Position numbers and translations under genes: made by a program | NCBI GenBank assembly: GCA_904420245.1 | Contig: CAJFUL010000038.1 | Coordinates: forward strand, 10,196-74,195 | Direction of reading: 5' to 3' | DNA length: 64,000 nucleotides | Source of the DNA: Candidatus Paralachnospira avium | Lineage (GTDB): Bacteria; Bacillota; Clostridia; Lachnospirales; Lachnospiraceae | In this document: positions 46,315-55,810 of the stretch, in pieces | How positions within the stretch are numbered: position 1 is the stretch's first letter | Layout: every line of letters starts with the position of its first letter | The notes under the pieces: generated by a model | Seen by the model: only the letters and a program-made list of their open reading frames with translations | The model's database searches: none | What the model was told of the DNA's origin: nothing

Positions 46315-47418
46315 ATGGGAGATACGAAAAAGGGTTCCCGCCTGACCGTGGCGCTGGCGGGGGCTTTGATCCTGGGATTTTCTCTGGCAGGTCTTCTGCT
46401 GCCGGACAGAGAATTCTCCGCGGCGGAAAGAAGGCGTCTGGCGGATGCGCCGAAGCTGTCGGCGGAGGCTGTCCGTTCCGGAGCTTTTATGACGGAGGCA
46501 GAGACTTATCTTCAGGACCAGTTCCCGTTTCGGGAGGGATTCCGGAGTCTGAAGACATTTGTAAACTGCCGGATCTTCGGGCAGAAGGACATCGGCGGCA
46601 TCTATCTGTATAAGGGCCATGCCTCTAAAATGGACTACCCGCTGGATACGGCCTCCATCGACTACAGCGCGTCCAGATTCCAATCTATCTATGACACATA
46701 TTTGAAGGACAGCGGCAGCCGGGTGTATGTGTCCGTGGTCCCGGACAAGAACCGGTATATGGCGGAGGAGGCAGGCGTTCCCCACCTGGATCCGGAAGAG
46801 CTGGAAGAGAGGCTGCTGTCCCAGATGCCCTACGCTTCCTATATAGATATAGGAGCCGGTCTGGGGCTGGAAGATTATTATAAGACGGACATCCACTGGC
46901 GGCAGGAACGGCTGGCCGGCACGGCAGAGCTCTTGGCGGAGTCCATGGGGACGCGGCTGCCGGGGGACTGGCGGACGGTGACGCTTTCCGATCCTTTTTA
47001 CGGCGTATACAGGGGCCAGTCGGCCATGCCGCTCCCGGCGGAGACCATATCCTATCTGGAAGCGGATTATCTGGAGGCGTGCACCGTCTATGACTACGAG
47101 ACAGGTTCCTATGTCCCGGTGTATGATCCGGAGGCGGTAAAGGGACCGGACCCCTACGGAATGTTTCTGGCCGGGAGCAAGTCCCTGCTGCGGATAGAAA
47201 ATCCGGCCGCGCCGGAGGGAAAGCGGCTGATCCTGTTCCGGGATTCCTTCGGCAGCAGCATAGCCCCTCTTCTGGCGGGAGGCTACCGGGAAGTGGTACT
47301 GGTGGATATACGCTATATCAGTCCTGCTCTTTTGGGGCAGTTCCTCTCCTTTGAAGACCGGGATGTGCTGTTTTTGTACAGCGAGAGCGTGCTGAATAAC
47401 AGTGAGACTCTGAAATAA
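46315..47418 (+). CDS. DHHW-family (AlgJ/PatB-like SGNH) protein
   Basis: N-terminal TM, E.R.LA, VVPDK, YYKTDIHW, RDSFG. Confidence 0.85.
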   Translation: MGDTKKGSRLTVALAGALILGFSLAGLLLPDREFSAAERRRLADAPKLSAEAVRSGAFMTEAETYLQDQFPFREGFRSLKTFVNCRIFGQKDIGGIYLYKGHASKMDYPLDTASIDYSASRFQSIYDTYLKDSGSRVYVSVVPDKNRYMAEEAGVPHLDPEELEERLLSQMPYASYIDIGAGLGLEDYYKTDIHWRQERLAGTAELLAESMGTRLPGDWRTVTLSDPFYGVYRGQSAMPLPAETISYLEADYLEACTVYDYETGSYVPVYDPEAVKGPDPYGMFLAGSKSLLRIENPAAPEGKRLILFRDSFGSSIAPLLAGGYREVVLVDIRYISPALLGQFLSFEDRDVLFLYSESVLNNSETLK

Positions 47419-47475
47419 GACCGGAGACAGAAACAGAAAACTGCGCTATAATGGGAGCAGAGAGGAGGTCTTATC

Positions 47476-47859
47476 ATGAGGATCGAGCACATTGCCATGT
47501 ATGTAAAGGACCTGGAGAAGGCACGGGATTTTTTCGTGAAATATTTCGGAGCCGTTTCCAATGAGGGGTATCACAATCAGACGACGGATTTCCGTTCGTA
47601 TTTCCTTTCCTTCCAGGACGGGGCCAGGCTGGAGATCATGAACCGGCCGGATATGGAGGACAGGGGAACGGCCATGGCCGGAACAGGCTATATCCACATG
47701 GCCGTCAGCACAGGCAGCCGGGAAGCGGTGGACGCGCTGACGGAGAGACTGCGGGCAGACGGATACCAGGTGGCCAGCGGACCGCGTACCACGGGGGACG
47801 GTTATTATGAGAGCTGCATCGTGGGGATCGAGGGAAACCAGATCGAGATCACAGTCTGA
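47476..47859 (+). CDS. VOC/glyoxalase family protein
   Basis: IEHIAMYVKDLE, HMA, GPRTTGDGYYES, GNQIE. Confidence 0.9.
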   Translation: MRIEHIAMYVKDLEKARDFFVKYFGAVSNEGYHNQTTDFRSYFLSFQDGARLEIMNRPDMEDRGTAMAGTGYIHMAVSTGSREAVDALTERLRADGYQVASGPRTTGDGYYESCIVGIEGNQIEITV

Positions 47860-47870
47860 GGAGGGAGCCC

Positions 47871-48386
47871 ATGGGAAAGTCTATGGTGGTCTATTTTTCC
47901 CGAAGCGGGGAGAATTACTGGAATGGGAGCATGAAAGTGCTGGAAAAGGGGAATACGCAGCTCGCGGCGGAAAAGCTCGCGGACTTCACCGGCGGCAGGC
48001 TTTTCCGGGTGGAGACGGAAGAGCCTTATCCGGAAAATTACCGGGCCTGCGTGGAGCGGGCGGTAAAAGAGCTGAAGGAGGGGATACGTCCGGAGCTTAA
48101 GGAATGTCCCGAAAGCCTGGAAGGATACGATACGTTTTATATCGGGTATCCCAACTGGTGCGGGACCATGCCCATGGCCATGGCGGCTTTTTTGGAACGA
48201 TATGACTGGACGGGGAAACGGATCTTTCCGTTCTGCACCAATGAGGGAAGCGGGATGGGGAGGAGTGAGGCAGATCTTAAGAAGCTCTGTCCCGGCGCCC
48301 TGGTGGGAGAGGGGCTTTCGATCCGCGGCACCCAGGCGGCGGACTGCGGTCCCCGGATCGGAGAATGGCTTCGGACGTGTCTCTAG
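47871..48386 (+). CDS. flavodoxin (Flavodoxin_4-like)
   Basis: VYFSRSGENY...GNT, IGYPNW, PFCTNEGSG. Confidence 0.9.
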   Translation: MGKSMVVYFSRSGENYWNGSMKVLEKGNTQLAAEKLADFTGGRLFRVETEEPYPENYRACVERAVKELKEGIRPELKECPESLEGYDTFYIGYPNWCGTMPMAMAAFLERYDWTGKRIFPFCTNEGSGMGRSEADLKKLCPGALVGEGLSIRGTQAADCGPRIGEWLRTCL

Positions 48387-48389
48387 AGC

Positions 48390-48865
48390 GGGGCGGAAAA
48401 GAATACCAGATCGGAGAGGGGAAGCCGGAATTTACTGTCAGCATCAAGAAGAATATCCCGCTGCCGGCCTTGATGACCAGCACTTCCCTGGCGCTGGGCG
48501 AGGCTTACATGGACGGAGATCTGGAGATCGAGGGAGATCTTTACTATGCTCTGGATCATTTTCTGGGTCAGATGGACAAATTTTCCACGGACCAATCGGC
48601 GCTCAGGAAGCTGATCTTCCCCTCCAGCGGGAAGAAGAACCAGAAAAAGGAGGTACAGAGCCATTACGACATCGGGAACGACTTTTACCGGCTGCGGCTG
48701 GAGCCGGGCGGACTGTTCCTGCTCCGCTTCATAAGCCCTCTGAAAGAGCATCCGGGCGACGCCTGGATCAAGAAATACATCTTTCACAATGGGATCATCG
48801 ATCTCCACCAGATCCTGTTTACCAAGGGGATCGACAATGAGTTTCCCATGGCGATGTGGTATTGA
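48390..48865 (+). pseudogene. cfa: cyclopropane-fatty-acyl-phospholipid synthase remnant
   Basis: LGEAYMDGDLEIEG, HYDIGNDFY, PGG, WIKKYIF and the C-terminal HQILFTKG are present. The SAM-binding core and PGG...YL segment are missing and no start or RBS is evident. Confidence 0.85.
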
Positions 48866-48951
48866 CAGAATAAACTTCGGGAAGTATGGACGTATTTCCG
48901 CAAATGGATTATAATAGAACGACAATACTTGAAAGAACGAGGAAATGGCAG

Positions 48952-50763
48952 ATGAAAAGTTTTGGCTTCTTTTTCGGCCCCGGGGGCTGGTCAGAATGGA
49001 CGGGAAGACGGGAAAATACGGGAGAGGCGCGGGCCAGGAAGGTCCGGAAGCCCAAGGGCAGTCCGGTCGCCAGGGTGCTCATAAGCCTGCTGGTCACGCT
49101 GGTGTTCGGCGCGGTTTACTTTTATTTTAAGCTGCCGGCCATCAATCTGCAGAACGAGGGCTTTTACTGGTTTATCATCCTGCTCTGCATCGTGTTTTCG
49201 GTCTGTATGATCTTTTTGCAGGGAGTCCAGTCCGGCTCCGCCAGGGAGTTTGTGAGCCAGACGAAAAAGACGCTGGCGGCTCCCGTGGTCATCACGGCGG
49301 CGGCCATCCTGGTGATCGTCATAGGATCCCTGGCCGGATGGGTCATCTTCCGTTCCGGCGACTACGCGGATCTTATGCCCATAGAGAACGGAGATTTTGC
49401 GTCTGAGGTTTCGGAGATCGAGTGGGACCAGATCCCTATGCTGGACGAGACCTCGGCCAATAACCTGGCCAACCGGCAGCTGGGAGAGCTGAGCGACCTG
49501 GTGAGCCAGTTTGAGGTGGACGATGCGTCGGCCCAGATCAATTTCAACGATAAGCCGGTCCGTGTCAACTATCTCAATTACAATGGGTTTTTCAAATGGT
49601 GGAACAACCACAAGGAAGGGATCCCGGCCTATATCCGCATAGACATGAGGACCCAGGAAGTGGAAGTGGTGCGGCTGGAGGAAGGGATCAAGTACTCTCC
49701 CTCCGAATACCTGAACCGGGATCTGAACCGCCATCTCCGGCTCCAGTATCCGACGCTGATGTTCGACGACGTCAATTTCGAGATCGACGATGAGGGAACG
49801 CCCTACTGGGTGGCCTCCGTCCTGGAAAAGAAGATCGGCCTCTTCGGCGGCAGGGACATCAAGGGAGCCGTGCTGATGAACGCGGTGACCGGGGAGAGCG
49901 AGTATCTTCCCATCGACCAGGTGCCCACCTGGGTGGACCGGGTGTACGCGGCGGATGTCGTGATCGAGCAGTATAACTATTACGGAAAATATGAAAACGG
50001 CTTCTGGAATTCCATGTTCGGACAGAGCGGCTGTACCAAGACCACGGACGGTTATAATTATATCGCCAAGGACGACGACGTCTGGGTGTATACCGGCGTC
50101 ACATCGGTGACGGAAGACAGGGGCAACGTGGGCTTTATCCTGGTGAACCAGAGGACCAAGGAGGCGCGGTACTACACCTGCGCCGGAGCGGAGGAATATT
50201 CAGCCATGTCCTCCGCCCAGGGCGCGGTCCAGCAGTATTCCTACGAAGCCACCTTCCCGCTGCTTTTGAATATTTCCGACCAGCCCACCTATTTCATGGC
50301 TCTGAAGGATGCGGCGGGTCTGGTAAAGATGTATGCCATGGTCAATGTGCAGCAGTACCAGATCGTCGCCACGGGAAATACTGTATCGGAATGTCAGGCC
50401 AAGTACCACACGCTTCTGGAAGAGAACGGGATCATAGAGGATGCGGGCGAAGAGCCGGCGCAGCCGGAAGGAGAGCTCCTGGAGACAGAAGGGATCCTTG
50501 AGGAGATCCGTTCCGCCGATATAGACGGAAATACCATATTCTATCTGCGGCTGGCCGGAGAGGAGAACTATTATACCGTCAGCGCCAAGGATTATCCGCT
50601 GGCGGTGATCCTGGATACAGGGGACCGGGTGTCCATATCTTATTATGAAGCGGGAGGACCTCTGATCGAGGCGGAAGAGCTGGAGATCCAGAGTATGCAG
50701 GACGAAAGTCCGGAAAGGGAGGATGACCGTGAGATACAGGAAACTGGGACGTACGGGACTTGA
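48952..50763 (+). CDS. conserved hypothetical membrane protein with large extracytoplasmic domain
   Basis: Three N-terminal TMs, long ORF with genome-typical codon use; ATG 48952 follows GAGGA. Confidence 0.8.
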   Translation: MKSFGFFFGPGGWSEWTGRRENTGEARARKVRKPKGSPVARVLISLLVTLVFGAVYFYFKLPAINLQNEGFYWFIILLCIVFSVCMIFLQGVQSGSAREFVSQTKKTLAAPVVITAAAILVIVIGSLAGWVIFRSGDYADLMPIENGDFASEVSEIEWDQIPMLDETSANNLANRQLGELSDLVSQFEVDDASAQINFNDKPVRVNYLNYNGFFKWWNNHKEGIPAYIRIDMRTQEVEVVRLEEGIKYSPSEYLNRDLNRHLRLQYPTLMFDDVNFEIDDEGTPYWVASVLEKKIGLFGGRDIKGAVLMNAVTGESEYLPIDQVPTWVDRVYAADVVIEQYNYYGKYENGFWNSMFGQSGCTKTTDGYNYIAKDDDVWVYTGVTSVTEDRGNVGFILVNQRTKEARYYTCAGAEEYSAMSSAQGAVQQYSYEATFPLLLNISDQPTYFMALKDAAGLVKMYAMVNVQQYQIVATGNTVSECQAKYHTLLEENGIIEDAGEEPAQPEGELLETEGILEEIRSADIDGNTIFYLRLAGEENYYTVSAKDYPLAVILDTGDRVSISYYEAGGPLIEAEELEIQSMQDESPEREDDREIQETGTYGT

Positions 50764-51877
50764 AGTCAGTGAGATCGGAATGGGCTGTGAGGGACTTCTG
50801 GAGCGGCCCTGTGAGGAGATCGGGGCGTTTGTGGATCTGATGGAGGAGAAAGGGGTCAACTGCATCGACCTCTATTCTCCGGAGCCCATGTTCCGCTCCG
50901 GCCTGGGAAAAGCCCTGAGAGGGCGGAGGGATAAGTTTATCCTCCAGGCCCATCTGTGCACCGTCTGGAAGGACGGACAGTACAAGAGGACCAGGAACAT
51001 GGAGGAGGTCCGGGAGGGATTTGAAGATCAGCTGGCCCGCCTGGAGACGGACCATGCGGAGATCGGCATGATCCACTATGTGGATTCCATGGATGAATGG
51101 AAGCAGGTCCTGGAAGGACCTGTGATGGAATATGCCAAAGAGCTTAAGCGGGATGGGAAGATCGGCTGCATCGGCCTGTCCAGCCACAACCCGGAGGTGG
51201 GACTGGCGGCGGCGGAGAGCGGCCTGGTGGATGTGCTCCTGTTCAGCGTCAATCCCTGCTACGATCTGCAGCCGGCCGGAGAGGATCTGGAAAAGCTCCA
51301 GGAGGAGGCCAGCTACGCGGATAACCTGGTCAATATGGATCCGGTCCGCCAGAAGCTCTATGAGACCTGCCAGCGTCTTGGCGTGGGGATCACGGTGATG
51401 AAGGCCTTCGGCGGCGGCAATCTTCTGAGTGACGAGCTGTCCCTGGCCGGAAAGGCCCTGACGCCCTGGCAGTGCATCCACTATGCCCTGACCCGCCCGG
51501 CAGTGGCTTCCGTCATGTCGGGGGCCAGGAGCCTGGAGGAGCTGAAGGAGAGCATCGCCTACGAGGAAGCCTCTGATGAGGAGCGGGATTACGCGGCGGC
51601 CTTCGCTTCCCTGCCAAAGATCAGCTGGAAGGGCCATTGCATGTACTGCGGCCACTGCGCGCCCTGTCCCGTGGGGATCGACGTGGCGGCGGTCACCAAA
51701 TTCCTGAATCTGGCCAGGGCCCAGCAGGAGATCCCGGAGACGGTGCGGGAGCACTACGGCGCGCTGTCCCATACGGCCGCGGAATGTATCGGATGCGGCG
51801 CCTGCGAGAAGCGATGTCCCTTTGAGGTACCGGCGGCAGAGAACATGAAGCTGGCGGCGGAGCTTTTCGGGAAATAG
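50723..51877 (+). CDS. aldo/keto reductase with C-terminal 4Fe-4S dicluster
   Basis: YRKLGRTGLEVSEIG, IGLSSH, VMKAFGGG; CMYCGHCAPCP and CIGCGACEKRCP. Confidence 0.92.
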   Translation: MTVRYRKLGRTGLEVSEIGMGCEGLLERPCEEIGAFVDLMEEKGVNCIDLYSPEPMFRSGLGKALRGRRDKFILQAHLCTVWKDGQYKRTRNMEEVREGFEDQLARLETDHAEIGMIHYVDSMDEWKQVLEGPVMEYAKELKRDGKIGCIGLSSHNPEVGLAAAESGLVDVLLFSVNPCYDLQPAGEDLEKLQEEASYADNLVNMDPVRQKLYETCQRLGVGITVMKAFGGGNLLSDELSLAGKALTPWQCIHYALTRPAVASVMSGARSLEELKESIAYEEASDEERDYAAAFASLPKISWKGHCMYCGHCAPCPVGIDVAAVTKFLNLARAQQEIPETVREHYGALSHTAAECIGCGACEKRCPFEVPAAENMKLAAELFGK

Positions 51878-51894
51878 AAGAAGGCAGGGGAAAC

Positions 51895-52398
51895 ATGAAA
51901 AACCAATTGACGCAGAAGGATGTAAAAAGGATCCAGGACGAGATCGAGTACCGGAAGCTGGTGGTCCGGAAGAAGGCCATCGAGGCGGTGAAGGAAGCCA
52001 GGGCCCAGGGAGATCTCAGTGAAAATTTTGAATACTATGCCGCGAAGAAGGATAAGAATCAGAATGAGAGCCGGATCCGGTATCTGGAACGGATGCTGAG
52101 AAACTCGGAGATCATCTCGGAGAGATCCAGGGAAGACGAGGTGGGCCTCAACAATACGGTGACTCTCTATTTTGTGGAGGATGGCGAGGAGGAGACGTAT
52201 AAGCTGGTCACGTCGGTCCGGGGAAATTCCCTGAAAAACTATATCAGCACCGAATCGCCCATAGGAGCGGCCATCCTGGGACATAAGGCCGGGGAGACCG
52301 TCCATGTGAAGGTCAGCGACCAGTACGGATACGATGTGGAGATCCGGGCCATCGAGAATACGGTGGATGACGGCTCGGACAAACTGAGGAGCTATTGA
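51895..52398 (+). CDS. GreA/GreB family transcription elongation factor
   Basis: ARAQGDLSENFEYYAAK, ISTESPIGAAILG. Confidence 0.92.
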   Translation: MKNQLTQKDVKRIQDEIEYRKLVVRKKAIEAVKEARAQGDLSENFEYYAAKKDKNQNESRIRYLERMLRNSEIISERSREDEVGLNNTVTLYFVEDGEEETYKLVTSVRGNSLKNYISTESPIGAAILGHKAGETVHVKVSDQYGYDVEIRAIENTVDDGSDKLRSY

Positions 52399-52410
52399 CA
52401 GGAGGATATT

Positions 52411-53190
52411 ATGGCAGTGGTTTTGGGGATCCTGCTCCCATTTGCAGGAACGGTTTTGGGGTCAGCCTGCGTGTTTTTTCTGAAGGACCGGATCCATCCC
52501 GGCGTCCAGAAGATCCTCTTGGGCTTTGCCTCCGGCGTGATGGTGGCGGCCTCCGTGTGGTCCCTGCTGATCCCGGCCATGGAGCTTTCCGGAGGCATGG
52601 GGAAGCTGGCTTTTATCCCGGCGGCGGCAGGACTGCTCCTCGGCATGCTGTTCCTGCTGTTTTTGGACCGCCATGTGCCTCACCAGCATCTGGAGTGTGA
52701 AGAGCCGGAGGGGCCAGCCAGCTCCTGCCGGAAGAGCACCATGATGCTCCTGGCGGTGACGCTCCACAATCTGCCGGAGGGGATGGCGGTAGGCGTGGCC
52801 CTGGCGGGAGTTTTGTCGGGGGAGGTCGGGATGACTCTGGCCGGGGCTCTGACGCTGTCTCTGGGCATGGCCATCCAGAATTTTCCGGAGGGAGCCATCA
52901 TTTCCCTGCCGCTTAAGAGCGAGGGAGGAGTCAGCCGGTGGAAGGCGTTTCTGATGGGGGCTCTTTCAGGGGCCGTGGAGCCTCTGGGAGCCGTGCTGAT
53001 GATCCTGCTGGCCAGGTTCTTCCTCCCGGTGCTTCCGTACCTGCTGGCTTTCGCGGCGGGAGCCATGCTCTATGTGGTGGTGGAGGAGCTGATCCCGGAG
53101 GCCTCCCAGGGAGGCCACTCCAATCTGGGGACGGCCGGGTTTGCCGCAGGCTTTGTCTTGATGATGATCCTGGACGTGGCGCTGGGATAA
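52411..53190 (+). CDS. ZIP family (ZupT-like) metal transporter
   Basis: GFASGVM, LHNLPEG, IQNFPEG, FAAGAM. Confidence 0.93.
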   Translation: MAVVLGILLPFAGTVLGSACVFFLKDRIHPGVQKILLGFASGVMVAASVWSLLIPAMELSGGMGKLAFIPAAAGLLLGMLFLLFLDRHVPHQHLECEEPEGPASSCRKSTMMLLAVTLHNLPEGMAVGVALAGVLSGEVGMTLAGALTLSLGMAIQNFPEGAIISLPLKSEGGVSRWKAFLMGALSGAVEPLGAVLMILLARFFLPVLPYLLAFAAGAMLYVVVEELIPEASQGGHSNLGTAGFAAGFVLMMILDVALG

Positions 53191-53222
53191 GGGGCAGTTG
53201 AGAAATTTTCTCAACTGCCCCT
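53190..53222. repeat. long perfect palindrome (terminator or REP-like)
   Basis: AGGGGCAGTTGAGAAA-t-TTTCTCAACTGCCCCT, with no T tract. Confidence 0.75.
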
Positions 53223-53260
53223 CTGTACAAACGGAGCGGGATCGTGTATCCTATAGATAA

Positions 53261-53276
53261 GTTAGTTATAACTAAC
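53261..53276. promoter_or_regulatory. GTTAG-N6-CTAAC operator (DtxR/MntR-like box)
   Basis: Perfect palindrome GTTAGTTATAACTAAC upstream of the DUF3793 gene. Confidence 0.7.
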
Positions 53277-53295
53277 TAATTCAGGGAGGAATACC

Positions 53296-53886
53296 ATGAC
53301 AGCGAAACAGAAAGCTCTGTCCAGGAAAATAGCGGGAAGCTGCGCGCCTGTCCTGACCGGCGTCAAGCCGTCCAATCTGCTGATGCTCCGGCATATGGGA
53401 AAGGCAGAAGCGGCGGGAAGGCTCTTTAGGATCCTCTGGGGGACGGGCATAAGAGCCCGCTGCCTCCACAGCAGTCCGGGAGAGACCATGTGGCTGTTGT
53501 ACCGCCGGGAGGCCATGGAAGAACTGATGGCGCAGCCGGACATAGGCCGGTTTCTCAGAGAGTACGGGTACGGAGAGGCTGGATTGGAGCGGGGGCTGGA
53601 ACGGCTTGCCGGGCGCCTGGCCGGTTATAAGACGGGAGAGACGGCGTTTCCCCATGAACTGGGCGTTTTTCTGGGGTATCCGCTGGAGGATGTGGAGGGC
53701 TTTATCCGCTACGGAGGAAAAGCTTCCCGCTATACCGGATACTGGCAGGTGTATGGAGATGTGGAGCGTGCCAGACGGATGTTCGCCCTGTATGACAGCG
53801 CCAGAGAAGCGGTGCTGGGACAGATGGAAAGGGACCTTTGCCTGCGGCGCGGCCTTTGCCGCTTGCAGGGAGCGGCTCTTGAATAA
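53296..53886 (+). CDS. DUF3793 family protein
   Basis: CAPVLTGVKPSNL, FPHELGVFLGYPLEDV.GF, GYWQVY. Confidence 0.88.
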   Translation: MTAKQKALSRKIAGSCAPVLTGVKPSNLLMLRHMGKAEAAGRLFRILWGTGIRARCLHSSPGETMWLLYRREAMEELMAQPDIGRFLREYGYGEAGLERGLERLAGRLAGYKTGETAFPHELGVFLGYPLEDVEGFIRYGGKASRYTGYWQVYGDVERARRMFALYDSAREAVLGQMERDLCLRRGLCRLQGAALE

Positions 53887-53907
53887 GACAACAGGAGGAT
53901 GAGAGAC

Positions 53908-54345
53908 ATGGAACAGATCATAGTAGCGTATTGGAGCGGTTCAGGGAATACAGAAGCCATGGCGGAGGCAGTGGGACAGGGGATCTCGGAAGCCGGAAAG
54001 GAGGCCAGGGTGGAAAGCGTCGATGCGCTCCAGCCCTCCCAGCTGGAGGACTGCCCTGTATTTGCCCTGGGCTGCCCGGCCATGGGAGACGAGGTGCTGG
54101 AAGAAGAGATCATGGAGCCCTTTGTGGAGGCTGTGGAAAAGTTTGCGGAGGGAAAGAAGATCGCCCTGTTTGGTTCCTATGGCTGGGGAGACGGACAGTG
54201 GATGGAGGACTGGACGGAGCGGATGAAAACGGCCGGAGCCAGGATCGTGGGGGACAAGGGCCTGATCGTCAATGAAACGCCGGATGAGGAGGGACTTGCC
54301 TCCTGCAGGGCCCTTGGAAGGGAGCTGGCCGCGGCGGCGGAGTAG
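53908..54345 (+). CDS. short-chain flavodoxin
   Basis: YWSGSGNTEAMA, GCPAMG, LFGSYGWG. Confidence 0.93.
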   Translation: MEQIIVAYWSGSGNTEAMAEAVGQGISEAGKEARVESVDALQPSQLEDCPVFALGCPAMGDEVLEEEIMEPFVEAVEKFAEGKKIALFGSYGWGDGQWMEDWTERMKTAGARIVGDKGLIVNETPDEEGLASCRALGRELAAAAE

Positions 54346-54400
54346 AGGAGGGAAAGGGAGGGAGATCCCTTCCCTCCCGGTCACCGGAAAGGAGACAGTC

Positions 54401-54691
54401 ATGAGTATTGTGATCGTAGGCGGCCATGACCGGATGGTCTGTCAGTACAAGAAAATATGCAAAAATTATAACTGTAAGGCGAAAGTCTTTACGCAGATGG
54501 CGGCGGGGATGGGAAAGCAGATCGGAAAGCCGGATCTTCTGGTGCTCTTTACCAATACGGTGTCCCACAAGATGATCAAATGCGCGGTGGACGAGGCCAG
54601 GAGATCCAACATCGAGGTGGTGCGCTGCCATACCAGCAGCGGGACGGCGCTGTGCGAGATCCTGGAGCAAAGGTGCGCGGGAGCCTATTGA
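54401..54691 (+). CDS. DUF2325 family protein
   Basis: MSIVIVGG...DLLVLFTNTVSH; ATG 54401 follows AAGGAG. Confidence 0.85.
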   Translation: MSIVIVGGHDRMVCQYKKICKNYNCKAKVFTQMAAGMGKQIGKPDLLVLFTNTVSHKMIKCAVDEARRSNIEVVRCHTSSGTALCEILEQRCAGAY

Positions 54692-54746
54692 CAAAATGGT
54701 TAGAAGGTGCTAATCTTATTATGACAAGAGGTTAGTGATTTCTAAC
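54688..54746 (+). promoter_or_regulatory. promoter with two GTTAG-N6-CTAA(C/T) boxes
   Basis: TTGACA-17-TAATCT; boxes at 54699-54714 (in the spacer/-10) and 54731-54746. Confidence 0.7.
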
Positions 54747-54772
54747 TATAAATAGAAAAGGGGTGCGGAGCC

Positions 54773-54919
54773 ATGCTGGCGACGATTTTGATCGCTCTGG
54801 CGGTCCTGGGCCTTGTGGTCCTGGCGATACGGAGCATATGGAAGGATAAAAAGGCGGGAAAATCCTGCGGAGGCTGCAGCGGATGTTCCGGATGCCATGG
54901 CAGCTGCCGGGAGAGATAG
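54773..54919 (+). CDS. FeoB-associated Cys-rich small membrane protein (48 aa, absent from ORF track)
   Basis: MLATILIALAVLGLVVLAIRSIWKDKKAGKSCGGCSGCSGCHGSCRER*. Confidence 0.85.
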   Translation: MLATILIALAVLGLVVLAIRSIWKDKKAGKSCGGCSGCSGCHGSCRER

Positions 54920-54923
54920 CGGA

Positions 54924-55322
54924 ATGGCGATGAAGGATGATGTGATCCGGGAGATGCGCAGGCACGGCTGCCGGATCACGGAACAGAGAAAACTGCTGGT
55001 GGAGATCATCCTGCGGGATGCGCATCTTTGCTGCAAGGAGATCTATTACGAAGCCAGGAAGCAGGATGCGTCCATCGGGATGGCTACGGTATACAGGACC
55101 ATCTCGATGCTTCAGGACATCGGGGTGCTGAGACGGGATCAAAGCCGTCCGGTCCTTTCCCAGAGGTGGGGAGGCGGCGGAAGATGCCGCATCATGCTGG
55201 CTCAGGGAGAGCAGGCCAGGAAACAGGATGAGGAAGCACTCTATGGGTGCATCCGGAATTTCCTGACGGAGCGGGGGTATCTGCGCTCCGGGGATTTTCA
55301 GGCGGCAGTCATGATGGAATAG
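54924..55322 (+). CDS. Fur-like winged-helix protein lacking the canonical C-terminal metal site
   Basis: GCRITEQR...IGMATVYRT..L...G; no HHH..CxxC motif. Confidence 0.75.
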   Translation: MAMKDDVIREMRRHGCRITEQRKLLVEIILRDAHLCCKEIYYEARKQDASIGMATVYRTISMLQDIGVLRRDQSRPVLSQRWGGGGRCRIMLAQGEQARKQDEEALYGCIRNFLTERGYLRSGDFQAAVMME

Positions 55323-55325
55323 GGG

Positions 55326-55706
55326 ATGATGGATATGATAGTGACGGTGATCATCTGCGTCCTGCTGCTTTTGATCTGTATTTTTGCCGTCCGAAGCTAC
55401 GCGAAGCGGCTCAGTTCCGGGTGCTGCGGAGCTGCCGGAGAGAAAAAGGAAAAGAAGGTGAAGGTGGAGGACCGGGATGCGTCCCACTATCCCATCACGA
55501 AGCTTCTGTCCATAGACGGGATGACCTGCGGAAACTGTGTCAGGCGGGTGGAGAACAGCCTGAACCGGCTGGACGGCGTATGGGCCGAGGCGGACCTGTC
55601 TTCCGGGACGGTCAGAGTGCGGATGAAACGGGATATGGAAGACGCGGTCCTGCGGCAGACCGTCCGGGAGGCCGGGTACGCGCTGCTCTCGGTGACTCAG
55701 GCTTGA
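55326..55706 (+). CDS. membrane-anchored heavy-metal-associated (HMA) protein
   Basis: N-terminal TM plus GCCG, then IDGMTCGNC. Confidence 0.88.
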   Translation: MMDMIVTVIICVLLLLICIFAVRSYAKRLSSGCCGAAGEKKEKKVKVEDRDASHYPITKLLSIDGMTCGNCVRRVENSLNRLDGVWAEADLSSGTVRVRMKRDMEDAVLRQTVREAGYALLSVTQA

Positions 55707-55810
55707 AATTTTAAAGAGTTCTGCTATGATGGAGACATCGGGCAGGATTCTTTTTTTATCCTGCGGGATCTTCCATAAAGCAGTCAGAGACTGCGGAAAA
55801 GAGGGACAGC

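Noticed and set aside
54813-54923. N-terminal extension of the Fur-like ORF
   Set aside because: It overlaps the real 48-aa Cys-rich gene; Fur homology begins at about 54924-54930
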